A DNA stretch of 64,000 nt from a virus: IMG/VR virus record IMGVR_UViG_3300006802_000087, positions 1 through 64,000 of that record; one strand, 5' to 3'. This document shows, piece after piece, positions 41,150 to 50,907 of the stretch. The notes under the pieces are model-generated. The model was given only the letters and a program-made list of their open reading frames with translations, did no database searches and had not been told where the DNA came from. Every line of letters begins with the position of its first letter. Position 1 is the stretch's first letter. The position numbers were made by a program, and so were the translations under genes.

Positions 41150-42397
41150 ATGTTAGTGACTGATAGAGTTTTAGACATGCTTGACGCAATATCAAGCGCA
41201 AAAGGCACGAATGCCAAAAAAGAATTACTTGAATTATATTTGGATCACTACCTTTTCCAAAGATTGATTAAATATACATTTGACCCATATCGATCTTTTC
41301 ATGTGGTAAAAGTTCCAAAAGTAAAGAAAGAAAATAGAAAGCCGATCAATCCACAACTGGCCTGGGAAAACTTTTTAACAAATGCAGACGCTTGCTCTAG
41401 ACGAGAAGTAACAGGAAACGCTGCAATTAACTTAATGCACCACACATTTATGCACAGTAGCGAGCAACAAGAAAAATGGATGCGAAAAATCTTGAAGAAA
41501 AATCTAGCTATCGGAGTTTCTACAAAGACAATCAACAAGGTTTTACCGGGACTTATCCCGACTTTTGATGTTGCACTTGCACAAAAGTTTGAATATAAAC
41601 GAATGAGTCAATGGGTTTATGTCGAGCCGAAACTAGACGGCATTCGTTGTCTAGCAGTAGTAGATGGTGAAGATGTAAAGCTCTTCACACGAGCCGGTAA
41701 ACTCATTACAAACTTTGACGACACTGTCGGAAAAGAACTGGCCCGATTACCTTCTGGCGCTTACGATGGTGAAATTATGAGCAATGATTTTACAGATCTG
41801 ATGCGCCAGGTTTATCGAAAAGAAAACAAAGATGTAAGTGATGTATACTTTGCAATCTTTGATTATTTGACGCCAGAAGAGTGGCGAAAAAAAGGAACGA
41901 CAAATTCGCTAAAAACTAGAAAAAATATTTTGAAGTCCTTTATAAACTCAGCCCATAAATCAGAAAACTTAAAATACTTAAAGCAAGTTAGGTATGTACT
42001 CTTTCCAGATCCCACAGAAGCTCAGCTTAAAAGTGAACATGACAGAAGGGTTGAACAGGGTTATGAAGGTATCATGATCAAAGATACTGATGCACAATAT
42101 TGTTTTGGTAGAGACTGGTCAGTAATGAAATACAAAGCATTTTTTGATGCTGATGTTAAAGTTATTGGTTTGCAGGAAGGCACAGGAAAACACCAGGGAA
42201 AACTAGGCAGTTTCTTGGTAGATTATAAAGGTGTAGAAGTTAACGTAGGTTCTGGATTAAATGATGAACTGAGAGAACAAATCTGGAATGATCAAAACAA
42301 TATTATTGGTAGAACAATAGAAGTGAGATACCAAGAAGAAACACCTGACGGTTCTTTGCGATTTCCAACATTTGTATGTTTTAGGAATGATAAATGA
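41150..42397 (+). CDS. ATP-dependent DNA ligase
   Basis: EPKLDGIR, DGE, EGIMIK, VGSGL, SLRFP. Confidence 0.95.
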   Translation: MLVTDRVLDMLDAISSAKGTNAKKELLELYLDHYLFQRLIKYTFDPYRSFHVVKVPKVKKENRKPINPQLAWENFLTNADACSRREVTGNAAINLMHHTFMHSSEQQEKWMRKILKKNLAIGVSTKTINKVLPGLIPTFDVALAQKFEYKRMSQWVYVEPKLDGIRCLAVVDGEDVKLFTRAGKLITNFDDTVGKELARLPSGAYDGEIMSNDFTDLMRQVYRKENKDVSDVYFAIFDYLTPEEWRKKGTTNSLKTRKNILKSFINSAHKSENLKYLKQVRYVLFPDPTEAQLKSEHDRRVEQGYEGIMIKDTDAQYCFGRDWSVMKYKAFFDADVKVIGLQEGTGKHQGKLGSFLVDYKGVEVNVGSGLNDELREQIWNDQNNIIGRTIEVRYQEETPDGSLRFPTFVCFRNDK

Positions 42398-42875
42398 CAA
42401 TACAGGACGCAATTAAGCATGTAGAGAATAATAAGGCAGTCAATCGATTTACTTATATAATTCCTAGAAACAATCAAGATCCTTTTAGAAAAGACGAATT
42501 AATGACAATAGAGTCTATTAATGAAAATCAAATATCTATAAGAAGACATGCTGACTGGTACGTGTATTCAATCAAAGCTGATTTAATAAAACACTTTAAG
42601 CTAATATGAATAATCAAATTATCAAAGGGAACCTTGTCAAGATAATATCAAACATAACTCTTCGAGGAGAATTTGGGATTGTTGTTTCTGTCTCTGGTAG
42701 AAGGCAAGGATATGCACACAATACTAAATATATTAATCAGTATTGGGTTACTGGAAGTTTCGGTACACTTGTTCTATATTCTCCTGATATTGCAAAATTA
42801 AATTAAAACAACACAAAAGTGTAAAGCCACACATACTATGTTATACTATATTAAACCTAATACAAAGGAGAAGGT

Positions 42876-43911
42876 ATGGATGAAAAAGCCAAAAAAGACT
42901 TCGTCAAATACACGACGGAAGGTTTCCCAATCAAACTCAACGACAATCAAGTTGATGAATTCTTAGGTCTTTACATAAACTACGTAAATCAATCAGATAA
43001 TAACTTTTTTGCAGAAGCTATCCCAGGCGGAGCATTAATGCATGCAGGTATGAGAACTGAAGTATGTAAAATCATGTATGACTTTGTCAATAGCAAAATC
43101 ATTGTCTTGACTAGTCTTGTTAATGAAGACCGGTTTGAAGAGGGAGAATTCTCTGAATTCGAGAATAAACAAATACTCGGTATGGCTTGTATGGGCCTCT
43201 TTACTTTTTGCAAGACATTTAAAGAAATGATCATGGAAAACGTTTTTAACAAACAAGACGCCTTGCCTACTGAAAAGATTATTTCAAATAATACTAAATA
43301 TACACCCTGGTCTCTATGAGGATAACATGTCATTTTATAATGAAGTCATTATTGATAAAGACGATATCGTCTTTTGCAACACAAAAACAAAAGGAAAACA
43401 TTTTATAGAGAAGGCTGAACCCGGATCTCATTATTTGGTAACGTCAGTTTATACAAATAATTTCGGTACAAAAAAATATTTTTTGGTCGACAGCGGGTCT
43501 AATGAAAGGTTCTCAACCGAATCATGTTTGCAAAAGGTGACGTCACTTTTAAAAGAAAAAATTGCTAAATCAGATATCGAGAAAAACTTAATTGCAAAGT
43601 TTAAGACAGCAAAAATAGGATGGCAAGACAAAACATATGTACCTGTTTTTGGTTCACATATTTATGACTATTCAGGTCACCCAGTTCTAACATCTAGAGA
43701 TCACCAAGCTGTACTTATCCAAAAGATGGATGGGGAAAAAATCTGGGTAGGCAAATCAATGGTTCATTGCAACGACATTAAATTGCTGATGTCATCTTCT
43801 CTACCTCCCGATATTGAAAAGAAAGGTGATCGATCTGAGACAATTACATTTCGTGTACCTACTTGGTTTGCTGATAAAAAAGGATTTATTGGATTCGATG
43901 GATCAGAATAA
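42876..43911 (+). CDS. Two hypothetical proteins (42876..43319, 43327..43911)
   Basis: Good RBS; promoter TGTAAA-N16-TATACT at 42820. Confidence 0.6.
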
Positions 43912-44115
43912 ATGGGAAGACTTAGTGATTAGGCTAGTTAATTCTCTAAGAAGAAGAGAAGATATTATAGAATTAATATGTAAAAACTATCCAAGTCATA
44001 GTAAGATTGAAATAATTAATAACGTCGATAAGGCAATTGAAAATTTGATTAACGAAGGTAAAATTCATATCAAATCTAACCTTCGTATTATTGACTTAAC
44101 CAGATAGGAGATCTC

Positions 44116-44871
44116 ATGAAAATTAATGTTAAAGTTAAGGATGTACCATTCGGAACTTCGATACAGGATGTAACTGTTCCTGATGTATTAAAGAAAAAAG
44201 TCCGAACCGGTCTAGACTATTTTGATTGTGTCTTAGGTGGTGAAGGCTTCACACCCTCAATGGTAACACTCTTTACCGGAACTCCCGGCGCTGGTAAAAC
44301 AACAATGATGATGACACTTGCAAACGCAATCCAAGGTAATGGAGGTCAAGTAGTCTTTAATACAGCAGAAGAGTCACTGTATCAAATTAAAATGACAGCC
44401 GATCGTCTAAAACTTAGACATAAATTTCTTGTGGGCGGAGAAGATACAATAACTACTTTACTTGAAGGTTGTGACAAGATAAGAAGTCAAACACCTGAAA
44501 GACCGTTCTTTCTTATTGTCGATTCACTTCAGTGTATGAATGATGGTAAGTTTAAATCTGGAAGAATTACGTCAGCAACTTCAGAAAGATCCCTAGGCCT
44601 TCTTACAAATTATGCAAAAGAGCATGCATGCAATGTCATTGTTATTGGGCAAGTGACTAAAGACGGAAAAATGGCAGGTTCTAATAAACTCAAACACATG
44701 GTTGACAGTCACATCCATCTTTCAGTAGAAAGTAAGGATCCGGATTTAATGGGTTGCAGAGTTTTAGAAACACAAAAGAATCGTTTTGGTGGTTCAGGAC
44801 ATCTTATATTTCTAAAGCTTAGAAGAAGCGGGTTTACTGAAGTTGCTAGGTTGAGTGATTCTGGAGTATGA
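44116..44871 (+). CDS. RadA/Sms-like ATPase (no Zn finger or Lon-like domain)
   Basis: GTPGAGKT, AEES, IVDSLQ, GQVTKDG, HMVD, KNRFG. Confidence 0.88.
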   Translation: MKINVKVKDVPFGTSIQDVTVPDVLKKKVRTGLDYFDCVLGGEGFTPSMVTLFTGTPGAGKTTMMMTLANAIQGNGGQVVFNTAEESLYQIKMTADRLKLRHKFLVGGEDTITTLLEGCDKIRSQTPERPFFLIVDSLQCMNDGKFKSGRITSATSERSLGLLTNYAKEHACNVIVIGQVTKDGKMAGSNKLKHMVDSHIHLSVESKDPDLMGCRVLETQKNRFGGSGHLIFLKLRRSGFTEVARLSDSGV

Positions 44872-45237
44872 GATGCATGATCAAGAAGACTTCGATAATC
44901 TGCCTAAATGGGTGGTAACATTCGTTTTAATAGACGATAAAGAAACAAAGCTAACTGATGAAGTTTACGGAAGAAATCCATTCCAAGCTTACTATAATGC
45001 AATGATGTTGTTGCAAATTAAAACAAAAACTAAAAACTTTATTATAAAAAGTATCGATCCAAAAAGAGAGGAATAACATGGAAAAGAGAAAGAAGATTAA
45101 TCAATGTACGTTAGAAGAATTAAATGAGAGATTGTCAAACTTATCAAAGCACGACAAGACTTTGAATTCACTTTATGCCGGCCACTTATTGGCAAGAATT
45201 AAATTCTTACAAAGCCAAGAAAAAAATAAATAAAAAG

Positions 45238-45265
45238 TGTAATTGCTAAAATATGTTGGTATAAT
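45238..45265 (+). promoter_or_regulatory. TGTAAT-N16-TATAAT promoter of the tRNA cluster
   Basis: Motif 45 nt upstream of tRNA-Leu. Confidence 0.7.
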
Positions 45266-45309
45266 ATAAACATATAAATAAGATCTTTTAAATTGTTAGA
45301 TTAATAAAA

Positions 45310-45393
45310 GCCTTGATGGTGAAATTGGTAGACACGCAAGACTTAAAATCTTGTTTCCGCTAGGAAGTACCGGTTCGATTCCGGTTCAAGGCA
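45310..45393 (+). tRNA. tRNA-Leu(UAA), CCA not encoded
   Basis: GCCTTGA/TCAAGGC acceptor, CAAGA-CTTAAAA-TCTTG, long variable arm, GGTTCGATTCC. Confidence 0.93.
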
Positions 45394-45397
45394 TTAT

Positions 45398-45474
45398 GCA
45401 CCCGTAGCTCAGCTGGATAGAGCATCCGCCTTCTAAGCGGACGGTCACAGGTTCGAATCCTGTCGGGTGTACCA
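45398..45474 (+). tRNA. tRNA-Arg(UCU)
   Basis: TCCGC-CTTCTAA-GCGGA; ends ACCA. Confidence 0.96.
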
Positions 45475-45666
45475 CTTTGATATAACCGGGAATACGCTCC
45501 TCGTCCCCAGTTTTTATTTATGAGATGTTAGGACTATCTCGGTTATATCTTTTTTTAAAGAATGCAAGGGGGCTTCCTGAGGCGGGTCAGTCTTAAACGA
45601 TGGTAATCCCAGGTGTACCGATAATCGCGAAGATATGTCGGAGATATCACGCCCTTGCTTCTATGA

Positions 45667-45743
45667 TGCGGGATGGAGCAGTTGGTTAGCTTGTCGGGCT
45701 CATAACCCGAAGGTCGGGGGTTCGAATCCCTCTCCCGCACCCA
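45667..45743 (+). tRNA. Initiator-type tRNA-Met(CAU)
   Basis: TCGGG-CTCATAA-CCCGA with three consecutive G:C pairs; ends CCA. Confidence 0.93.
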
Positions 45744-45774
45744 TTTTAAACAAACGAGTAACAAGAGAAAACAA

Positions 45775-46056
45775 ATGAGAATTTTAATATTACTATCTTA
45801 TATAGGCTGTACACAGCACGTTCATACAAAAGACATTAACAAAGTCAATGTGGGAATGTCATATGATACCACAACACGAATCTTAGGGGAGCCTAATAAA
45901 GTGGTAAATAATTCTATAAGGGTATATCAAGGTACAGAAACTGCATACAATCATGAAGTTTTATTGTACAGATCACACTCAAATGCATCTGAGTCTCTTA
46001 GAGATTGTTATCTGATATTTACAGATAAAGTTTTAAGAGAAGTGAATTGTTTTTAA
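45775..46056 (+). CDS. Small lipoprotein, SmpA/OmlA(BamE)-like
   Basis: LLSYIGC; KVNVGMSYDTTTRILGEP. Confidence 0.65.
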   Translation: MRILILLSYIGCTQHVHTKDINKVNVGMSYDTTTRILGEPNKVVNNSIRVYQGTETAYNHEVLLYRSHSNASESLRDCYLIFTDKVLREVNCF

Positions 46057-46064
46057 TGTTATTT

Positions 46065-46137
46065 GGGCACTTGGCGCAGCGGTTAGCGCAGGGAACTCAT
46101 AATTCTTTGGTCGTAGGTTCAAATCCTACAGTGCCCA
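46065..46137 (+). tRNA. tRNA with CAU anticodon, probably Ile2 (lysidine, reads AUA)
   Basis: GGGCACT/AGTGCCC acceptor; CTCATAAT..TTGGTCG body resembles ileX. Confidence 0.85.
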
Positions 46138-46245
46138 CTTTACTATCAATGCTCTGGGTTAGGTTAAAACTGCCGGTCGGATTAGGGCATTGATATAAAA
46201 CTCCTTGGTTAATCCGACCGGCACCCTTTTTAATTGGAGATAAAA

Positions 46246-46542
46246 ATGACAGAACAAGAATACGAAAACGCAGTTAAAGACAAAAACGTCGTAGTACAAT
46301 TTTCAGCAAATTGGTGCGGCCCATGCAAGACTGTAACACCAATTTTAGAAAATCTAACTAGTCAGCTAGATGTTGATTATCTTAAAATTGATATTGGTGA
46401 GTCGCCTGAGCTAGCGAGAAAGCTAGGGATACGAAGCATTCCGCATATCTTATATATTAAGGATGGCCTAGTTGAAGAAGAAGTGACAGGTGCCAGACCA
46501 AGCGATCACTTTTTAAAATTGTTAAAGGAGAGTTACGGATAA
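46246..46542 (+). CDS. trxA: Thioredoxin
   Basis: WCGPC, IRSIP. Confidence 0.92.
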   Translation: MTEQEYENAVKDKNVVVQFSANWCGPCKTVTPILENLTSQLDVDYLKIDIGESPELARKLGIRSIPHILYIKDGLVEEEVTGARPSDHFLKLLKESYG

Positions 46543-46616
46543 TGATATCTATTTTATCAGTTATAACTTTTGTATTCGTATTCGTATGGGGATGGCTTAA
46601 GCTTTTCGGAGAATAA

Positions 46617-46898
46617 ATGAACGACAAACCTTACACACACCTTCAAGTTTCTACTAACTCTTTTATTAGAACATTTGAGTCAGATGTTAATCCCGAAGAT
46701 TTGGTCTGGCATCGTGATGAAAGAGAAAGACTAGTCTACGTTATCCACGTTGGTTCTGGTTGGTCTTTCCAGCGAGATAACCAGTTACCACAAAAAATGG
46801 TTTCAAATGAAACTGTAATAAGAATTAAAGCTGAGGAGTACCATCGTATCATTAAAGGTGAAGGTGTATGTGTGCTCTATATTGAGGAGAAATTTTAA
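46617..46898 (+). CDS. Cupin-like conserved phage protein
   Basis: LVWHRD...YHRIIKG. Confidence 0.6.
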   Translation: MNDKPYTHLQVSTNSFIRTFESDVNPEDLVWHRDERERLVYVIHVGSGWSFQRDNQLPQKMVSNETVIRIKAEEYHRIIKGEGVCVLYIEEKF

Positions 46899-47387
46899 TG
46901 TCGACAATCAAAAATTATTTAACCACTGCATGGACTTGGGTATATGATAGAACTCCGCTCTGGATTATTCTCTTGTTTGGATATGCAACATTCATGGGTG
47001 TTCTAAATGAAAGCACACAAGCATCAAGAACTAATCAAGAAACAATCAACTGTAAAACAGCATGTACACCAAGCGCTTCAGAATATCTTTCTCAAAAAGA
47101 ATTTGATAAATGCTGGTGTTACAAAGACAAAAACACACTCATTAGACTCCAAGATGTCACTCCAACAACGAATTAACTCAATGGCTGGTGGTTGTCATGT
47201 CGATATTAATAATCTAGAAGTGATAAGAATAATACCACGGCTAGATATATGCGTCATTAAAATACTCGATATGCCAGTTGCAATTTCACTTAATGAATAT
47301 AAAAAGTTAACACAAAATGTAATTAAATAAATTACACTATATACTAATAATACACAACAATAATACAACACACAAAAAGGAGACAAT

Positions 47388-47693
47388 ATGTCAGCAAACT
47401 TAGCACTTATGTGCAAATCTCAAAACTATACAAAAAGTAATAACGGAGAATACCGAGTAGGAAACTGGGTTATTTCAGAGTCGAAGCGCAAAGAATTACT
47501 AGGTGCCAACGTTATTCTTACAACAACACAGCGATCACCTGCTTATTTAGGTGGTAAAATCGTAGGTTTCAATCCTACACAAAATGGAAAGAAATGTGAA
47601 GTAATCTTTAAAGAAGACAGCACACTTTCTGGAAATACAGACGCAGTAGGTCATCGAGGCTGGGGTACCGGTCGAAGTGTCTGCTATATTTAA
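47388..47693 (+). CDS. Hypothetical early protein
   Basis: Own promoter at 47318; AAGGAG RBS. Confidence 0.65.
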   Translation: MSANLALMCKSQNYTKSNNGEYRVGNWVISESKRKELLGANVILTTTQRSPAYLGGKIVGFNPTQNGKKCEVIFKEDSTLSGNTDAVGHRGWGTGRSVCYI

Positions 47694-47706
47694 AAAAGGA
47701 GAAGAT

Positions 47707-48094
47707 ATGAAATTAATGTTAATTCCATTCGCATTTCTTTTAGCTTGTTCGGGCAAAACGTCAGAATCAGTTAATACTCAGAATGCAAAAACAGAGACAA
47801 CAGAAACAACAGAAACGAAATCAGATGAAAAATCAAGTGAGGCAACGTCTGATCAAAGTACTTCTGACAATACAGAAGAAAAAACACAAACGGTTGAAGA
47901 AACCAAGGAAGAGACTAATGACTAGTTTGCTTATGACATTATTTTTAGCTTGCGGCGATAAAGAAGAAGAACAGGATACAGCAGTTGAAGAGGTTGAAGA
48001 TACTGAAACAACTGAAAATACTGAAGCAGAAGATACATCAGAGTCGTCTGACCCTGTAGAAGAAGAAGACACAGCAACAGAAACAGCTGAATAA
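47707..48094 (+). CDS. Two small acidic lipoproteins (47707..47925, 47918..48094)
   Basis: FLLAC and LFLAC lipoboxes followed by E/T/D-rich tails. Confidence 0.7.
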
Positions 48095-48985
48095 TATAAA
48101 AGCTGTTGATTAATTAACAATACAAAACTAGGAATATATTATGGCTGAAATTATCGACATACGTGAGGCAATTAAAGCAAGACAAAATGAAAGATTAGAG
48201 AAAGTTAAATCAGATCTAGATCATGAAATTGACTTATTGGATCTTTCAATTGACGAAATATTAACTAGTTTTGTATTTCCGTTTGTTTTACCTTCACTAT
48301 ATGAAAACAATTCTGAAAAAGATTTGGAGTTTGAAAATGATTATTGCGTATTTCTACTTAATCAAATATCAAACTCTTTTAAAGATAAAGATATTCAAAA
48401 TGACATCAAAAATTTAATCAACAAAATCAATTTAAAAGGAATAGAAAAATGACACACGGTCTTAAAGATAGAGTTGTCCTTAAAGAACAGGACATTAAAA
48501 GAGCAGGGTTTAAAGTAAAAGGAACAATTGTTAAGCTTTATAAAGGAAAGAGAGGTTCTATTAAAACTTGCGGTGTTTTATGGGACAATGAATGGCCTGT
48601 TACAAACAGCAAGGTAAAGAATGATCGATATACATCGGGTAAGGTTTTTTATTATAAACCTGAAGACCTAGATATTGTTGACACTTGGAGTTTGGACTAA
48701 TGTCAAATCGCTGGGACGATGATAAGATCATTGACATTACTCCTAGGGTAAATAAAAATGGCAATTCTTTGCATCAGGATGATATACCTATTGAGATAAA
48801 TAGACGTATTTCTGAAAGAATTCAGAGAGAACATAGAGAAAAGACAAGAAAACTATATGTCGACTCTATGTTGACAATCTTATTCTCGCTCCAGCTTATA
48901 ATAGTTTTGGTAATATTTTTATTTTTACTTTAATTATTAAGTTTTCGAATGATAATTATAATGAACAGCAAGGATGGTTGTAATT

Positions 48986-49675
48986 ATGAGATTATCTCGA
49001 AAACAATTAAGAGAAGCTATTTCTCTTCAAATGAAAAATCATATTTTTGAGACATCAAAAGATCGGATTGATATTGACAAAGACACAAAAATAGATGACG
49101 CAGCGCCTGGCAGATCAATAAGCGATTTAGGTCTACCATCAATTGACATAGAAGATTCTGATGATAGAGATGAAATTGAAGGTATGATGTTTGATGATGA
49201 AGAAATGTCGCATACAGAGTCTGAAACAGATTGGAATCCTATGTCAAGCATTAAATTTCCAGTTCCGGGAGACAGACCTTCATTCCACGATCCTAGAGGT
49301 AGAACACCAGATCAAATTAGAGCGGATGTACACGGTATAGCTGATGAGTTAGAAAGCAGAATTCCTAAGAAGCCAGGCAAGTCTAAGAACCAAAAAGAAG
49401 GAGAGTTTATTGAAGAGCTGGAAAAGCTTTTAGGTAAGACAGGCCCACTCGGCCCTGACGACTTTCATACTGATCCTGAGTTTGGACCTTTAACACCTCC
49501 ATTCGACACGGGTTTGCCTGATATACCAGCGCCATCAATGGAAGACACAGTTGAGTTAGATCCGGATCGATTTAGAAAAGGACTACCGAATGACAATGAT
49601 CCTACCAAGCCTTTAGACGAGGCAATTCGCAGAGTTATCAGAAGAGAAATTCGCAAAAGACTTCAAAGAATGTAA
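48986..49675 (+). CDS. Doubly tagged acidic/Pro-rich protein
   Basis: MRLSRKQLREAI...IFE; ends LDEAIRRVIRREIRKRLQRM. Confidence 0.72.
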   Translation: MRLSRKQLREAISLQMKNHIFETSKDRIDIDKDTKIDDAAPGRSISDLGLPSIDIEDSDDRDEIEGMMFDDEEMSHTESETDWNPMSSIKFPVPGDRPSFHDPRGRTPDQIRADVHGIADELESRIPKKPGKSKNQKEGEFIEELEKLLGKTGPLGPDDFHTDPEFGPLTPPFDTGLPDIPAPSMEDTVELDPDRFRKGLPNDNDPTKPLDEAIRRVIRREIRKRLQRM

Positions 49676-49974
49676 AATCATTTCTGCTTCTGTATAATAC
49701 AATATAACATTAAACATAGGCAGAAAAATGAAAGGTAAAATTGGTTCTCTGTGTGAGAGTACTCAATACATATCAGGCTGGCATTTGTCTGATAGTATCA
49801 AAGACCCGGGATGGCTCACAACACACATCGAGCCCAGAACACAATTTATAATTACAGATATCAAAGAGTGTAATGAAACAGGTATTATTGAAATTGTTTT
49901 ATTTTTCAATAATTCTTTATTCACTGCGCAATTTAATAATCGAGATGATCAATATTTTCCATGGAGAGTGTTAA

Positions 49975-50241
49975 GTGAACAATAAATGGTATGTTTATAT
50001 TGTCGAATGTGCTGACGGATCTTTTTATACCGGCATCACAATAGACTTAGATCGTCGTCTTAACGAACATAACTATTCGTTTAAACTAGGCGCTAAATAT
50101 ACACGTAGTCGAAGACCGGTAAGACTAGTCTATAAAGAAGAAAAACTTGATCGATCTGACGCGTCTAAAAGAGAAGCACAGATCAAACGCTATACGCGCA
50201 ATAAAAAACTCGAATTAGTCAATTCACAGAAACAACAATAA
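49975..50241 (+). CDS. GIY-YIG nuclease (YhbQ-like)
   Basis: YVYIVECADGSFYTGIT..RRLNEHN, AKYTR. Confidence 0.92.
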   Translation: MNNKWYVYIVECADGSFYTGITIDLDRRLNEHNYSFKLGAKYTRSRRPVRLVYKEEKLDRSDASKREAQIKRYTRNKKLELVNSQKQQ

Positions 50242-50298
50242 AATGTAAACTCGAGCCTATCTTGTTATAATAATATAAACAAATAGCAGGTAAGAGAA

Positions 50299-50907
50299 AT
50301 GGAATGTAAAGACAAATTAAAATTGTATTCTTTTAAAGAACTTGATCAGGTAATTCAAGACAATATAATATCTGAATATATAGAAAATTATTCTTATGGC
50401 TGGTGGCTCGAAGATGTAATTAACAAAATTGAAAACGAGTCGAAATGTTACAGGCTTAAAAATTTTGAGTTTTCATGTAGGGGATTTTTCGCAGACAAAA
50501 GTAATGTAAAATTTACCGGTGAGCTCAGTCTTCTTGATGGATTAGAAACAATTTATCACTTAAAAGATACAGAGTTTAACATGCACCAGGAATGCATTGA
50601 TACACTCAAGTTATCTCAACAAAAGAAAATAGATATTAAGTTTTTGTTTAATGACAATGCTCCGTCATATGAATTTAATATAAATTCTAGACTAGAACCG
50701 GTTCAGTTTAATAAAATAAAATACTTGTTGACACATTCTACTTTTATGTTAGATATCTGGTACAACGCAATCATAGATAGATGGTACGAATATATTATTG
50801 ATGCACAACCTGAAGATTTTGCATCTTTTCAAAATAAGACTGAGTTAATAAATGACTTAAATACATGTGGAAAAGTATTTGACATCAATGGGAAAAGACA
50901 CAAATAA
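50299..50907 (+). CDS. Divergent paralog of 60383..60943
   Basis: YSFKEL, FEFSCRGF, FTGELS, GKVFD. Confidence 0.6.
   Translation: MECKDKLKLYSFKELDQVIQDNIISEYIENYSYGWWLEDVINKIENESKCYRLKNFEFSCRGFFADKSNVKFTGELSLLDGLETIYHLKDTEFNMHQECIDTLKLSQQKKIDIKFLFNDNAPSYEFNINSRLEPVQFNKIKYLLTHSTFMLDIWYNAIIDRWYEYIIDAQPEDFASFQNKTELINDLNTCGKVFDINGKRHK

Noticed and set aside
156-49656. Numerous short minus-strand ORFs overlapping long + genes
   Set aside because: Antisense shadows lacking RBS or motifs; only 5866..6210, 6203..7363 and thyX are credible minus-strand genes.
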